Below are positions 19,298-29,067 of a stretch of DNA of 64,000 nt, one piece after another. The stretch covers positions 1,651 to 65,650 of the forward strand of contig JBFMCF010000096.1 in NCBI GenBank assembly GCA_040754625.1. The letters are read 5' to 3'. The stretch is from a bacterium (GTDB taxonomy: Bacteria > JACRDZ01 > JAQUKH01). Made by a program: the position numbers and the translations under genes. A model generated the notes under the pieces. The model was not told the DNA's origin, ran no database searches, and saw nothing but the letters and a program-made list of their open reading frames with translations. How positions within the stretch are numbered: position 1 is the first letter of the stretch; the number at the start of each line of letters is the position of its first letter.

Positions 19298-20563
19298 CTA
19301 TTTAGATGCATTTTTAATCAGTTTAGAAATAACCGAATTATATTTTTCTGCACTGGCTTGTTTTGAATAATGCTCAAGAACAAATAACCTGCCCTTTATC
19401 CCTTCATCTTCAAGTAAATATTTTTCATTGAAAGCTTTTAACACCGCATCACAAAAAGCCTCATGGTTTTCAGGAAGAACCATCCTGCCACAGCCTGAAG
19501 TTTTTATTAATTGCTCCATTTCAGAATCTTTATAAGCAGAAATAATAACAGTCTTTGCGCTGGCAAAGCTTGTATATATTTTTGATGGGAACCCGTCTCT
19601 TATTCCTACCTGAGTCATTGGGATCATGATTATGTCGACACTGGCGTTAATCAAAGGCATTATATGATTGGATTGATATGGAATTAAAACAATATTGCCA
19701 AGATTTAATTCTTTAATTCTATCTCCCAGCCAGTTACGACAGATTCCATCTCCAACAATAACGAATTTTATCGGATAATCAGACAAATGCTCCGCTGCAA
19801 AAACAACAGATTCCCAATCCTGCATAAGTCCAATATTGCCGGCATATAAAACAATAAAATATCCCACTAAACCATTTGCTTCGAGAAACGTATTGTTTTT
19901 CTGAAGGGGACGATAGAATTCACAGTCAACCCCATTGGGGATAAATGATATTTTTTCAGGAAATATTCCGCGAGTGGATATAATTTTCTTAAATTGTTCA
20001 GTAATAGTCACAATGTGCGTGTTCCAGCGATACACCAGCTTTTCTAAATATTTCATCAAATTAATAAGGACTTTCCATTTGATTAAACCCCGGCTGATTA
20101 CAATATCCGGATATAATTCTTGTACTACATATACTGACGCCGCTTTCCATCGTAATGCAAGAAAATACCCGATAATACCAATGGTTAAAGGCGGAGAGTT
20201 TGAAATAACTATATCCTGCTTCTCTAATAAAAATAAATTCACGAGCAATGAAAAAAAATGAAACTTTACGTAATCCACCGCCCTCAGCCACAATCTATTG
20301 CCTTTTATAGGAATCTTTATATGCCAAACAGGAATTCCGTCACACTGGCCGTAATATAAAAATCCCAGCCATTTTTTTTTAAGCGTGTAAGACTTTAGTG
20401 TTTTCTTATCAATATTGTAGTGAGGTGTCGTGGTTAGGATAGTGACGTTATGCCCAAAACGTTTGAGTTCAAGCGCAAGGTCAGTCACTATATAAGCAGT
20501 CGAAACTCTATCAGGAAAAAAAACTAAGGAATGCAAAAGAATGCGGCTCATTTTTCCTGCCAA
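19298..20563 (-). CDS. GT4 glycosyltransferase (WbuB/Cap5L-like, L-fucosamine-type transferase)
   Basis: 421 aa. GT-B fold with N-terminal FFPDRVSTAYIVTDLALELKRFGHNVTILT; positioned immediately downstream of the fnlC/fnlB homologs. Confidence 0.6.
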   Translation of the reverse strand: MAGKMSRILLHSLVFFPDRVSTAYIVTDLALELKRFGHNVTILTTTPHYNIDKKTLKSYTLKKKWLGFLYYGQCDGIPVWHIKIPIKGNRLWLRAVDYVKFHFFSLLVNLFLLEKQDIVISNSPPLTIGIIGYFLALRWKAASVYVVQELYPDIVISRGLIKWKVLINLMKYLEKLVYRWNTHIVTITEQFKKIISTRGIFPEKISFIPNGVDCEFYRPLQKNNTFLEANGLVGYFIVLYAGNIGLMQDWESVVFAAEHLSDYPIKFVIVGDGICRNWLGDRIKELNLGNIVLIPYQSNHIMPLINASVDIIMIPMTQVGIRDGFPSKIYTSFASAKTVIISAYKDSEMEQLIKTSGCGRMVLPENHEAFCDAVLKAFNEKYLLEDEGIKGRLFVLEHYSKQASAEKYNSVISKLIKNASK

Positions 20564-21669
20564 ACAACCCGACGGACAAAATCGGTATAACTTAAAATAA
20601 TTCTCATGACTTTCTCAGATACATTATCCACGGTGTAATCGTTAACTAGTTTTAACGATCTTTCTTCTCCTCTCTTCTGGTCATTCAAAACAGTTAACGC
20701 TTCAATTATTCGTTCCCAATTATACCCGACCATCATTACCGAGGCTTCCTCCATACCTTCAGGACGTTCATGGGACTGCCTTAAGTTTAAAGCCGGAAAA
20801 TTAAGAATTGATGATTCCTCGGTAATAGTCCCGCTATCAGAAAAGACGGCTTTGGCATTTATTTGCAATTTTACATAATCAAGAAAACCAAAAGGCTTCA
20901 TTATCTCTACCAACGGATTTAAATCAACCTTATCCCCTTCCATCCTCATTTTAGTTCTTGGATGAGTAGAAAAAATAATCCTTTTGCCATACTTTTTGGC
21001 CAAATTATTAAGCAAAATAACTAATTTACTAAATTGTTCCGGACAATCAATATTCTCTTCCCTATGAGAACTAAAAACAAAATAATCTAAACGGGTTAAT
21101 TTCATCCTTTTTAAAACATCGGATGACTCAATTTGAGGAAGATAATAATTCAGCACCTCAAACATCGGGCTTCCGGTTTTAATAATTCTATCTGCAGGCA
21201 ATCCTTCCCTAAGCAAGTTTTCTCTGGAAATCGAGGAATAGGGAAGATTAATGTCACTAATATGGTCAATTATCTTTCGGTTAATCTCTTCCGGTACGCG
21301 CTGGTCAAAACAACGGTTTCCCGCTTCCATGTGGAAGATAGGTATTTTTTGCTTTTTTGCCGCAATGGCAGATAGACAACTATTAGTATCGCCCAAAACC
21401 AGCAAGGCATCGGGATTGGTTTTTCTCAATACTTCATCCGAACCGGAAATAACTAAGCTGATAGTTTCAGCAGCAGTTTTACCCGCAGCCTCGAGAAAAA
21501 AATCAGGCTTACGTATGTTTAATTCTTTAAAGAAAATTTGATTGAGTTCATAATCATAATTCTGTCCCGTGTGAATAATTATGTGCTGAGTGAATTTATC
21601 CAACACAGCCATAACTCTGGACAACCTGATAATTTCGGGTCTTGTACCGATAATTGTAGCTATTTTCAT
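20548..21669 (-). CDS. UDP-N-acetylglucosamine 2-epimerase (non-hydrolysing; FnlC/Cap5G type)
   Basis: MKIATIIGTRPEIIRLSRV...IHTGQNYDYELNQIFF...LVLGDTNS: classic 2-epimerase motifs. Confidence 0.85.
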   Translation of the reverse strand: MKIATIIGTRPEIIRLSRVMAVLDKFTQHIIIHTGQNYDYELNQIFFKELNIRKPDFFLEAAGKTAAETISLVISGSDEVLRKTNPDALLVLGDTNSCLSAIAAKKQKIPIFHMEAGNRCFDQRVPEEINRKIIDHISDINLPYSSISRENLLREGLPADRIIKTGSPMFEVLNYYLPQIESSDVLKRMKLTRLDYFVFSSHREENIDCPEQFSKLVILLNNLAKKYGKRIIFSTHPRTKMRMEGDKVDLNPLVEIMKPFGFLDYVKLQINAKAVFSDSGTITEESSILNFPALNLRQSHERPEGMEEASVMMVGYNWERIIEALTVLNDQKRGEERSLKLVNDYTVDNVSEKVMRIILSYTDFVRRVVWQEK

Positions 21670-22823
21670 TAATATCCTTTCTTTTCCATTTTGTCCAAAA
21701 TTACATTCATTGGATATGTATCCGTATTACCGGGGTCGAGAATCTGGTTGGACCAAAACAATGTAACTAAATTTCCTGAGCCGGTATTTTTTATCGAATG
21801 GGCGTATCCGGGCGGAATATCAATAACCCGCAGGTCAGAACCACTAACTTTATATTCAATTATATCAGAACAAAATATATTGCGGAAGGCGATCACTGCC
21901 TCTCCCTCAACCACAAAAAACTTTTCTGTTTTAGTATTATGATAGTGGTTTCCACGAATGACTCCGGGCAAAGTATTTGAAACAAAAATTTGGCCAAACC
22001 CGCCGGCCTTTAAAAACTCGCCTAAATATCCCCGGTTATCTGATTTTTTCTCCAACGTATATGATAAGTTGCCCGAATCAAGATATGAAAGATATGTAGC
22101 ATAAAGTTTTCTTATAAACTCATCGGCAAAATCAGGAGATAAAAGATTTGAACGGAAACTTTTAAAATCCATCAGCGTTTGAGCTAATTTTCCAAGAGTT
22201 ATCGTATAATCAGGGAAAACTTCTTTATAAAAAAACCCACTTGTATGGAATGACTCGATTTCGTTTGTAAAATCTTTTACTACATCATCAATATAAACCA
22301 ATGTTAACTTAGCATCCATATCGGAGATCGACAATGGCAGATTATGAGCAATATTATAACAGAAAGTTGCCACAACAGAATTATAATTTGGTTTACACCA
22401 TTTACCAAAAACATTTTTTAGCCGGTAAACAGTCACTTTTGCATTTGTTTTTTCAGAATACTCCTTTAATAATGTTTCTGCATCTTTTTTACTTTGTCCA
22501 TAAGGATTTGTTAAATTCGCTTGTATTGAAGAAGAGAAAATAACAGGTATTTTCCGTTTATTTTTATAGAGTAATTCACACAGCTTTCTGGTAAAATCCA
22601 CATTACCGGTTTGAAACTCGCCTTCTTCCTTAGGCCGGTTTATACCGGCTAAATGAACTACTATATCCGCATCTTTCAAACAAGCTTCAAGTTCAGAATA
22701 ATTATTCCCTATGTCGAACTGAATAACATTATATTGTAATCTCTGAAGCAAAAAAGACACCAGATTCTTTCCAATAAAACCCTTTGCCCCAGTAATTAAA
22801 ACAGTTGATTTTTCATTAACCAT
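21669..22823 (-). CDS. CapF/FnlB-like bifunctional SDR reductase with C-terminal cupin (UDP-2-acetamido-2,6-dideoxy-L-talose dehydrogenase type)
   Basis: N-terminal LITGAKGFIGKNL Rossmann domain plus a C-terminal cupin region (GVIRGNHYHNTKTEKFFVVEGEAVI). The two-domain architecture is characteristic of Cap5F/FnlB. Confidence 0.7.
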   Translation of the reverse strand: MVNEKSTVLITGAKGFIGKNLVSFLLQRLQYNVIQFDIGNNYSELEACLKDADIVVHLAGINRPKEEGEFQTGNVDFTRKLCELLYKNKRKIPVIFSSSIQANLTNPYGQSKKDAETLLKEYSEKTNAKVTVYRLKNVFGKWCKPNYNSVVATFCYNIAHNLPLSISDMDAKLTLVYIDDVVKDFTNEIESFHTSGFFYKEVFPDYTITLGKLAQTLMDFKSFRSNLLSPDFADEFIRKLYATYLSYLDSGNLSYTLEKKSDNRGYLGEFLKAGGFGQIFVSNTLPGVIRGNHYHNTKTEKFFVVEGEAVIAFRNIFCSDIIEYKVSGSDLRVIDIPPGYAHSIKNTGSGNLVTLFWSNQILDPGNTDTYPMNVILDKMEKKGY

Positions 22824-22890
22824 TTTTGTATTCTTTTTACTCCTCTGCGGTATAATCCACTTTCATTAACATTTCTATCATCTCCAGCTC

Positions 22891-23688
22891 TTACAAAATA
22901 TGTGTATTATCAGAGTTATAATTGGCACGTATAAGATTATCTTTTTCTGCCCTGTTAGGATAATTAATAAGAACTGCTTTGTATACACCTTTGAATACAA
23001 ATAAACTACCGGCAGCCGCACCTATGATCCTGTGTTTATTAATTAGCTTGCCTATATCATTAAGCGATCTTGCGCCCCCAAGAACTGTTAACGGTATATT
23101 AACCGCCTCCCGGACTTTCTCAACTAAATCAAGATCATAGCCTTTCATAAGGCCGTCATTATCTATAGAATTTATCACTATCTCGCCTGCTCCAAGCCTT
23201 TCCATTTGCAGTGCCAATTCTGACGGGCATTTTCCGGTAGCCTTATGCCCATTGTGTGTCCAAATCTCATACTTACCATCTGCAAAATGTTTTTTTACAT
23301 CTAATACAACCACCACGCTCTGATTACCAACACATTCAGCCGCCTCAGTTACAAGACCAGGGTTTTCTATTGCGGCAGAACTTATTGCTACTTTTTCTAC
23401 ACCTGATTGAATAATTCTTTGTATCTGCCCAATAGTCTTTACACCGCCTCCATAGCAAAGAGGCATTCGACATTCCGCCGCTAAATGTTCAATCATATTA
23501 TAATCGGGTTCTCTTTTTTCAAGAGTCGCACTAATATCTAATACTATAAGTTCGTCCACTTCCTTCTCGTTGAAAATCTTTACAGCATTTATAGGGTCTC
23601 CTACATACTTCGGACTTTTAAAATTGACAGTCTTAACAAGGCCTTTGTCTTTAACCAATAAGCATGGAATAATCCGTGGATATAACAT
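22891..23688 (-). CDS. HisF-like cyclase subunit of imidazole-glycerol-phosphate-synthase-type amidotransferase (WbuZ-like)
   Basis: RIIPCLLVKDKGLVKTVNF......GDPINAVKIFNEKEVDELIVLDI: (beta/alpha)8 HisF family. It sits in an LPS/O-antigen context next to a HisH-like gene. Confidence 0.75.
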   Translation of the reverse strand: MLYPRIIPCLLVKDKGLVKTVNFKSPKYVGDPINAVKIFNEKEVDELIVLDISATLEKREPDYNMIEHLAAECRMPLCYGGGVKTIGQIQRIIQSGVEKVAISSAAIENPGLVTEAAECVGNQSVVVVLDVKKHFADGKYEIWTHNGHKATGKCPSELALQMERLGAGEIVINSIDNDGLMKGYDLDLVEKVREAVNIPLTVLGGARSLNDIGKLINKHRIIGAAAGSLFVFKGVYKAVLINYPNRAEKDNLIRANYNSDNTHIL

Positions 23689-23690
23689 CT

Positions 23691-24305
23691 TTACAGCTTT
23701 CCAAAATTTTCAAGGAGCCTAATACCCCATTGATGACTTTTTTCCGGATGAAATTGAACACCAAAAACATTTCCGGAATTCACTGCACAGGCAAATTCTC
23801 CGCCATAATCAGTTACAGCAATAACATTCCCGCTTTCACGGCTTTGAAAATAATATGAATGTAAAAAATAAAAGCGCGCGTTAATATCAAGACCCTGCAG
23901 CAAACCATTCATTTTTAATGGTTTGATATTGTTCCAGCCCATGTGAGGCACACACATTGAATATCCTGAAGAAGAAGGATTGAACCTTTTTATCTCCCCA
24001 TCTATCCACCCAAGACCAGGCAGGTTTCCCTCCTCGCTGGAACGTGCAAGTATCTGCATCCCAACACATATACCCAAAACTGGTATATGACGACTAAGCA
24101 CAATCTCATCAAGGAACTGCCGCATACCTGATTTTTGAAGCATCTGCATCGCATAATCAAAAGAGCCAACGCCCGGTAATATCACCTTACTGGCATTTTC
24201 TAAATCTTCGGGTTGCTTAACAATTTTAGCCGGTATATTTAATTTTTTATAGACATTAGCAAACGCTCTCACATTTCCCAATCCGTAATCAATTATTGAT
24301 ATCAT
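23691..24305 (-). CDS. HisH-like glutamine amidotransferase subunit (WbuY-like)
   Basis: IIDYGLGNVRAFANVYKKL...ILPGVGSF...PVLGICVGMQIL...HMGWN: class-I GATase triad motifs. Confidence 0.8.
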   Translation of the reverse strand: MISIIDYGLGNVRAFANVYKKLNIPAKIVKQPEDLENASKVILPGVGSFDYAMQMLQKSGMRQFLDEIVLSRHIPVLGICVGMQILARSSEEGNLPGLGWIDGEIKRFNPSSSGYSMCVPHMGWNNIKPLKMNGLLQGLDINARFYFLHSYYFQSRESGNVIAVTDYGGEFACAVNSGNVFGVQFHPEKSHQWGIRLLENFGKL

Positions 24306-25447
24306 CGGATTATTACCTTTTGTATCCTAAACATTCGCAAAATATTTGTTGCAAAACTGATTAAAGGCATGCTGGATTTGTAATCCCGGTAAGTCTTATT
24401 CTTACCGTTCATTATCTCCCGCAGTTCAGGCACAGTCAGACCCAGCTTTGTAGCTACATACTCGAAGTCCTGGATCATTGTCTGCTCATCATATGCTTTT
24501 TGTGCAATACGTTCAAGCGCTGCTTCGCGTGTCATTTGTTTGGTTAAAATTAAACTGGAAAAATGCGCTCGGCGCTTATCATATCCAAACTTTGTTGGAA
24601 GCCAATATCCTTCATAAAATCTTGTAAAACGCGATTCGTAATGCTTATGAGCGTATTTTTGCCAGCCAAATTTGTCCATCAACTCTTGCATGGCCTCTTC
24701 TTTAATATAAGAAACATAATTTAGCAGTTTTACTACCCTGACACCTTTAATATACCGGTAGTATAACTTATATTTAAAAATATCAGCTAATGGAAATGTT
24801 TTTAAAGGGCGGTGACCAAAACGGCGGTGAATATCTCTTATCTGACGTAAATCGGAAGCATGGTAATGCCATTCAAGCGGTTCGCGAACACATTCAGTAG
24901 AATAGTTCGCGCCTGTTAATACGTATCTGAAACCGTTCTTTGCCGCAAAATTATAAAGCGCGGCAAAAAATGCATGATCCTGCGGCGTGTCAATATGAGG
25001 AACCTGCGCTTTAAAAAAAGCTAACTGCAAATCCTTCATCTCAAGCCAATCAACAACCTCCGTATGTAAGTCAAGATTGAGTCCGTCGATCAACCTTTCA
25101 ATATTATTTACGCTTTCCTGCGAGTTCCAGCCGGCGTCGACATGAAACAACAACGGTCTTAAGCCAAATCTTTTTTTTGCAAGATATGCACAATATGAAC
25201 TGTCAACACCGCCGCTTATGCCGATAAGACAATCGTGGCCGCGCCCTTTTCCATCCTTCTTGATCCTCTCAACGAGAGGAGCAAGCATCTTTTCACCATT
25301 CTCATTTGGGTGCCAATTCGGCAAAATATTTTTATGGTAATTACGGCAATAGTCGCACCAGCCCCGCTCATCAAAAGTAATATTGGGGTCGGTAGTGTCC
25401 ATTATGCAGTTTGAGCATATTTGATACTTTGTTTTACTCATATTCAC
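24302..25447 (-). CDS. N-acetyl-sugar amidotransferase (WbuX/PP-loop ATP pyrophosphatase family)
   Basis: CSNCIMDTTDPNITFDERGWCDYC zinc ribbon plus the PP-loop GISGGVDSSY. Forms a wbuXYZ-like trio with the two downstream genes. Confidence 0.75.
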   Translation of the reverse strand: MNMSKTKYQICSNCIMDTTDPNITFDERGWCDYCRNYHKNILPNWHPNENGEKMLAPLVERIKKDGKGRGHDCLIGISGGVDSSYCAYLAKKRFGLRPLLFHVDAGWNSQESVNNIERLIDGLNLDLHTEVVDWLEMKDLQLAFFKAQVPHIDTPQDHAFFAALYNFAAKNGFRYVLTGANYSTECVREPLEWHYHASDLRQIRDIHRRFGHRPLKTFPLADIFKYKLYYRYIKGVRVVKLLNYVSYIKEEAMQELMDKFGWQKYAHKHYESRFTRFYEGYWLPTKFGYDKRRAHFSSLILTKQMTREAALERIAQKAYDEQTMIQDFEYVATKLGLTVPELREIMNGKNKTYRDYKSSMPLISFATNILRMFRIQKVIIR

Positions 25448-25509
25448 AGCTCCTCATATTAAAAAAACCTGGCCAGAAAAATGGTTATTCAAAAATATTT
25501 TCAACGCAA

Positions 25510-26685
25510 CTATTTCCCCTTAAAAAGCTGGCGATTCCCCTCCAATATAGTAGGATCTAATAAGCGCTCAATAATTTTAGCCTTAACAACAGCCCGTTTC
25601 TTTAAACGTTCATTATAGCTCAATAAGGCAAAATTCTCAATTGTTTTTACAAAAGAATCCATCTGAGTTAAATCTATATCCCAGCCTAATCCATCGGCCT
25701 GTAAATTACGCCAGGAAGTTTTGTTACTAATCAGTACCGGTGTCCCTGCTGTTAAAGATTCAATAATGACATGTCCGTAATTCTCTCCGGCTGTCGGAAG
25801 TAAAAAAAGATCGTACTGGCTAAAAACATGTCCAACTTCACCGGGGTTTACACTTCCGAAATAATTTACCTTCACGTTATCGGGCATCCTATTCATTAAT
25901 TCCTGGCATTCTTTCCAATAAACCGTATCTTCTGCAGGCCCATAGATATCAAAAATCACCTTTGTTTTAACTTTACTTAAAACATTTAAAGCATAATCTA
26001 ATCTCTTTTCCCGCGCAATTCGGGATAAAAATACAACTTTTAAATTTTCAAAATCAGATGATGGTTGCAAAGTTACTTCAGGATATTTATCAGAAATAAC
26101 TTTGTTTGGCAAATCACGCGCTATGCGGATTGTATCAGGTTTCACCTTCATAATCTTAATGATATCCTTTACTTCAAATTCACTAGATGCCTGCCATATA
26201 ACCTTATTATAAAATCCGAACAACCTGGCCATCTGAATATAAATGAACTTTTTTGGATATTTCAAACCTAATGACCCCCAGGCAAACTCTCCACGCGGTG
26301 CAACAATTATATGTTTAAATTTTGCAAAACCAAACTTGCGGATTAATAACACCTTTACGGTAAGAGGATCAAAAAAGCTATTTAGGTAAACTACATCATG
26401 TGGGGTATTTTTCAGCAAATTCAATATATCTTTTACAGTGCTCGTCTGCGGTTGCAAATAAAAAACCACTGCATTGCCAACCTTATTCCATTGATTAGGC
26501 TTTATGCAGGCGTAAGGAATATCTTCCCCCAAATCCCTGTCTCGCGTAACTATACGAAAGTCGAAATCATCACATAAATAATCAACAGTGTTGGCGATTG
26601 TGCGCAAGATACCTCCTGCTTTATAGCCGGGAAGATAATTGCCAATAAAAGTAAGAATAATTGGTTTATCATTAAAACTCTTCAT
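25510..26685 (-). CDS. GT4 glycosyltransferase
   Basis: 391 aa. GT-B fold with the C-terminal retaining-GT motif region (FLLPTAGENYGHVIIESLTAGTPVLIS). Confidence 0.65.
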   Translation of the reverse strand: MKSFNDKPIILTFIGNYLPGYKAGGILRTIANTVDYLCDDFDFRIVTRDRDLGEDIPYACIKPNQWNKVGNAVVFYLQPQTSTVKDILNLLKNTPHDVVYLNSFFDPLTVKVLLIRKFGFAKFKHIIVAPRGEFAWGSLGLKYPKKFIYIQMARLFGFYNKVIWQASSEFEVKDIIKIMKVKPDTIRIARDLPNKVISDKYPEVTLQPSSDFENLKVVFLSRIAREKRLDYALNVLSKVKTKVIFDIYGPAEDTVYWKECQELMNRMPDNVKVNYFGSVNPGEVGHVFSQYDLFLLPTAGENYGHVIIESLTAGTPVLISNKTSWRNLQADGLGWDIDLTQMDSFVKTIENFALLSYNERLKKRAVVKAKIIERLLDPTILEGNRQLFKGK

Positions 26686-26747
26686 TATTTTTCATTATTC
26701 CAAAACACTCATCTTATTTCAATGAGCAAAACTATCAATACTGTTCT

Positions 26748-28211
26748 TCAAATTCTTGCCAGCTTTTCCCGCAGATAGTTAAATCCCGACCAATGTGTAA
26801 CCCTTAAGAATAAAAAATTAAGAGTTATGCCGGACCGAACTTTGACCATAAAAGTTTGCATCAAAATCCACCAAAGCGGTTTATAACCTTTATAAACCTG
26901 ATAATTAAACCATGTATATGCTTTTTGAATTTGACGTTTAGAAAAATGAGGGAAATCAATCACAGGCTGTCTCCGTTCCAGCCGATAATCAATAGGTGGT
27001 TTTAGATAACCTTCCCGAATACACATGTTATATAATTCTGTGCCCGGATATGGGAAAAAAATCCCCGAATAATGAAAATCCGGCTGGCATTGACGATTTA
27101 CTAAAACTGTTTCCATATAATCATTGTAAGCCTCGCCGGGAAGGCCTATTATATTAAACACAAAGATTTTAAGCCCAGCTTTACGCGCCATAGCAGTAAC
27201 ATCCAAAAAATCCTTGTTTGAATAGTCCCGCTTGAGTATTTCCTTGCGAACCCGTTCACTTCCTGACTCAAGACCAATATTAATTTTATAAAAATGCGCT
27301 TTTTTGAGCGCAAATAATATGTCTTCATCTTTTGATTGCGGGGAAATTCGGAAATTACAGCCATACGAAATAAAATTATCAATTGTTGCGTTAAACCTTT
27401 CAAGCTGTTTACAAAATTCAAAAAGCCAAGCTTTATTCAAAGCTATAGATTCTACCTCGAAATATATTCTTGATTGTGTCGGATATGTTGTATGAAGAAA
27501 AGCAATTTCTTTGATAATATTTTCAGGAGAACGAAATCTCACATATTTTCCAGCAGCAACTTTTTTAAGAGCGTGGTTGCAACAATATGTACAACCGTGG
27601 GGACAGCCCCGCCCCAGCAATACAGCTAATTCAGCCCCCGACTGTTCTTTCATCCATGGTATCCATATTGCCCTATCCGGAAATGGCAAACTATCAATAT
27701 CTTGAAAAAAAGGACGGGTAGAATTCCTTTCAATATTTCCGTCCGAAGATTTTATCCATAGATTTTGAATCCCGTGGGGGACAGTACCCGCTTCTATCTG
27801 GCGGCATAATTCTAACATTGAATATTCTCCTTCCCCTATGCAAACAGCGTCAAAATGGCCGTTTATTACCTCGGAAGGATTCAAAGTAGCATGTACTCCA
27901 CCGATAATAAGATATTTATCAGGCCATTGACTTTTTATAAAACTTGCTATTTTTTCAATGAAAGGATACTGACTCGTTACGGCAGTAAAACAAATAACAT
28001 GAGGAAAAAACTTCTCTACAAACTTGTTTAACAGCTTTATGTTCTTTTCCCATGGATTACTGCTTCCTAATACTACAAGTTGAGTTTCGTAACCATTAAT
28101 TTTTAATACAGAAGAAATGTAAGAAATTCCAAACGATATGTCTGACCAGGACTGCAAAGGCCTTGAGATTGATTGAGCATCCTCTAACGAATAAATAAAC
28201 GCAATTTTCAT
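26748..28211 (-). CDS. Cobalamin(B12)-binding-domain radical SAM enzyme
   Basis: N-terminal B12-binding-like Rossmann region, then GRGCPHGCTYCCN (CxxxCxxC) and a radical-SAM TIM-barrel region; 487 aa. Confidence 0.7.
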   Translation of the reverse strand: MKIAFIYSLEDAQSISRPLQSWSDISFGISYISSVLKINGYETQLVVLGSSNPWEKNIKLLNKFVEKFFPHVICFTAVTSQYPFIEKIASFIKSQWPDKYLIIGGVHATLNPSEVINGHFDAVCIGEGEYSMLELCRQIEAGTVPHGIQNLWIKSSDGNIERNSTRPFFQDIDSLPFPDRAIWIPWMKEQSGAELAVLLGRGCPHGCTYCCNHALKKVAAGKYVRFRSPENIIKEIAFLHTTYPTQSRIYFEVESIALNKAWLFEFCKQLERFNATIDNFISYGCNFRISPQSKDEDILFALKKAHFYKINIGLESGSERVRKEILKRDYSNKDFLDVTAMARKAGLKIFVFNIIGLPGEAYNDYMETVLVNRQCQPDFHYSGIFFPYPGTELYNMCIREGYLKPPIDYRLERRQPVIDFPHFSKRQIQKAYTWFNYQVYKGYKPLWWILMQTFMVKVRSGITLNFLFLRVTHWSGFNYLREKLARI

Positions 28212-28270
28212 TGATAATTCCTTAAATTTACAATCAATTAATATAGTTTTGAGAACAGAAAATATTTTCT

Positions 28271-29050
28271 CTATTTCGCAATTGTTCCTGTATTCCTGTT
28301 TAAATAAACCACATTATCATGCCTGTCCTGTAAATAGAAACCGTGAATATCAATTAACTCTTTTAACATATCATCCACAGATACCGGAACTCCGGCATAC
28401 GTTGTATTATGTAATTCAAAAAAAATATGCTGGCAGTCACGCAACGCTTCTCTGTCTTGACGAATAATATAGACTTCTTCACCTTCTATATCCGCTATGA
28501 GCACAAAATCATTAATATGATAAGCGGATTTCAATTCAAATAAAGTAACCGCTTTAACCATAATAGAATTATGTTGCGGATTTCCACAAGTTAATCTTCC
28601 TGTCGTTGATAAATGGCCTGGTGTAAAAAAGACATTATTATTACTTTTTTTATTATAATTAATGGCCATATTGAGGCATTCTACATTATGATATAGACGG
28701 TTAAGATTTAAGTTTACAGGTATATGCCTACTCAATGCAGGGTGCGCTTCCACACAAATTAAACAGGCATTTTTATAGAGACGTTTTCTGATGAGTGAAG
28801 AAACAACTCCAATAGAACTGCCTAACTCAATAACATCGAACGACTCAGGCAAATACTTTTGAATAAAACGAATCTCTGCACTTTCATATATTTTCCAAAA
28901 AAGTTCAGCCTTAGTTGCTGGAGAAATCTCAGGAATTGAAGTATTAAATACCATACCCCTGAAAGGAATTTTATCATTATAGAAATAAGACAAAATTTTT
29001 CCTATCAGGGAGATAGTTAACATCCTGGCAATAAATATTTTTATTTTCAT
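28271..29050 (-). CDS. FkbM-family SAM-dependent methyltransferase
   Basis: VIELGSSIGVVSSLI...CVEAHPA matches the FkbM methyltransferase domain. Confidence 0.55.
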   Translation of the reverse strand: MKIKIFIARMLTISLIGKILSYFYNDKIPFRGMVFNTSIPEISPATKAELFWKIYESAEIRFIQKYLPESFDVIELGSSIGVVSSLIRKRLYKNACLICVEAHPALSRHIPVNLNLNRLYHNVECLNMAINYNKKSNNNVFFTPGHLSTTGRLTCGNPQHNSIMVKAVTLFELKSAYHINDFVLIADIEGEEVYIIRQDREALRDCQHIFFELHNTTYAGVPVSVDDMLKELIDIHGFYLQDRHDNVVYLNRNTGTIAK

Positions 29051-29067
29051 TATTTACATAATTTAGT

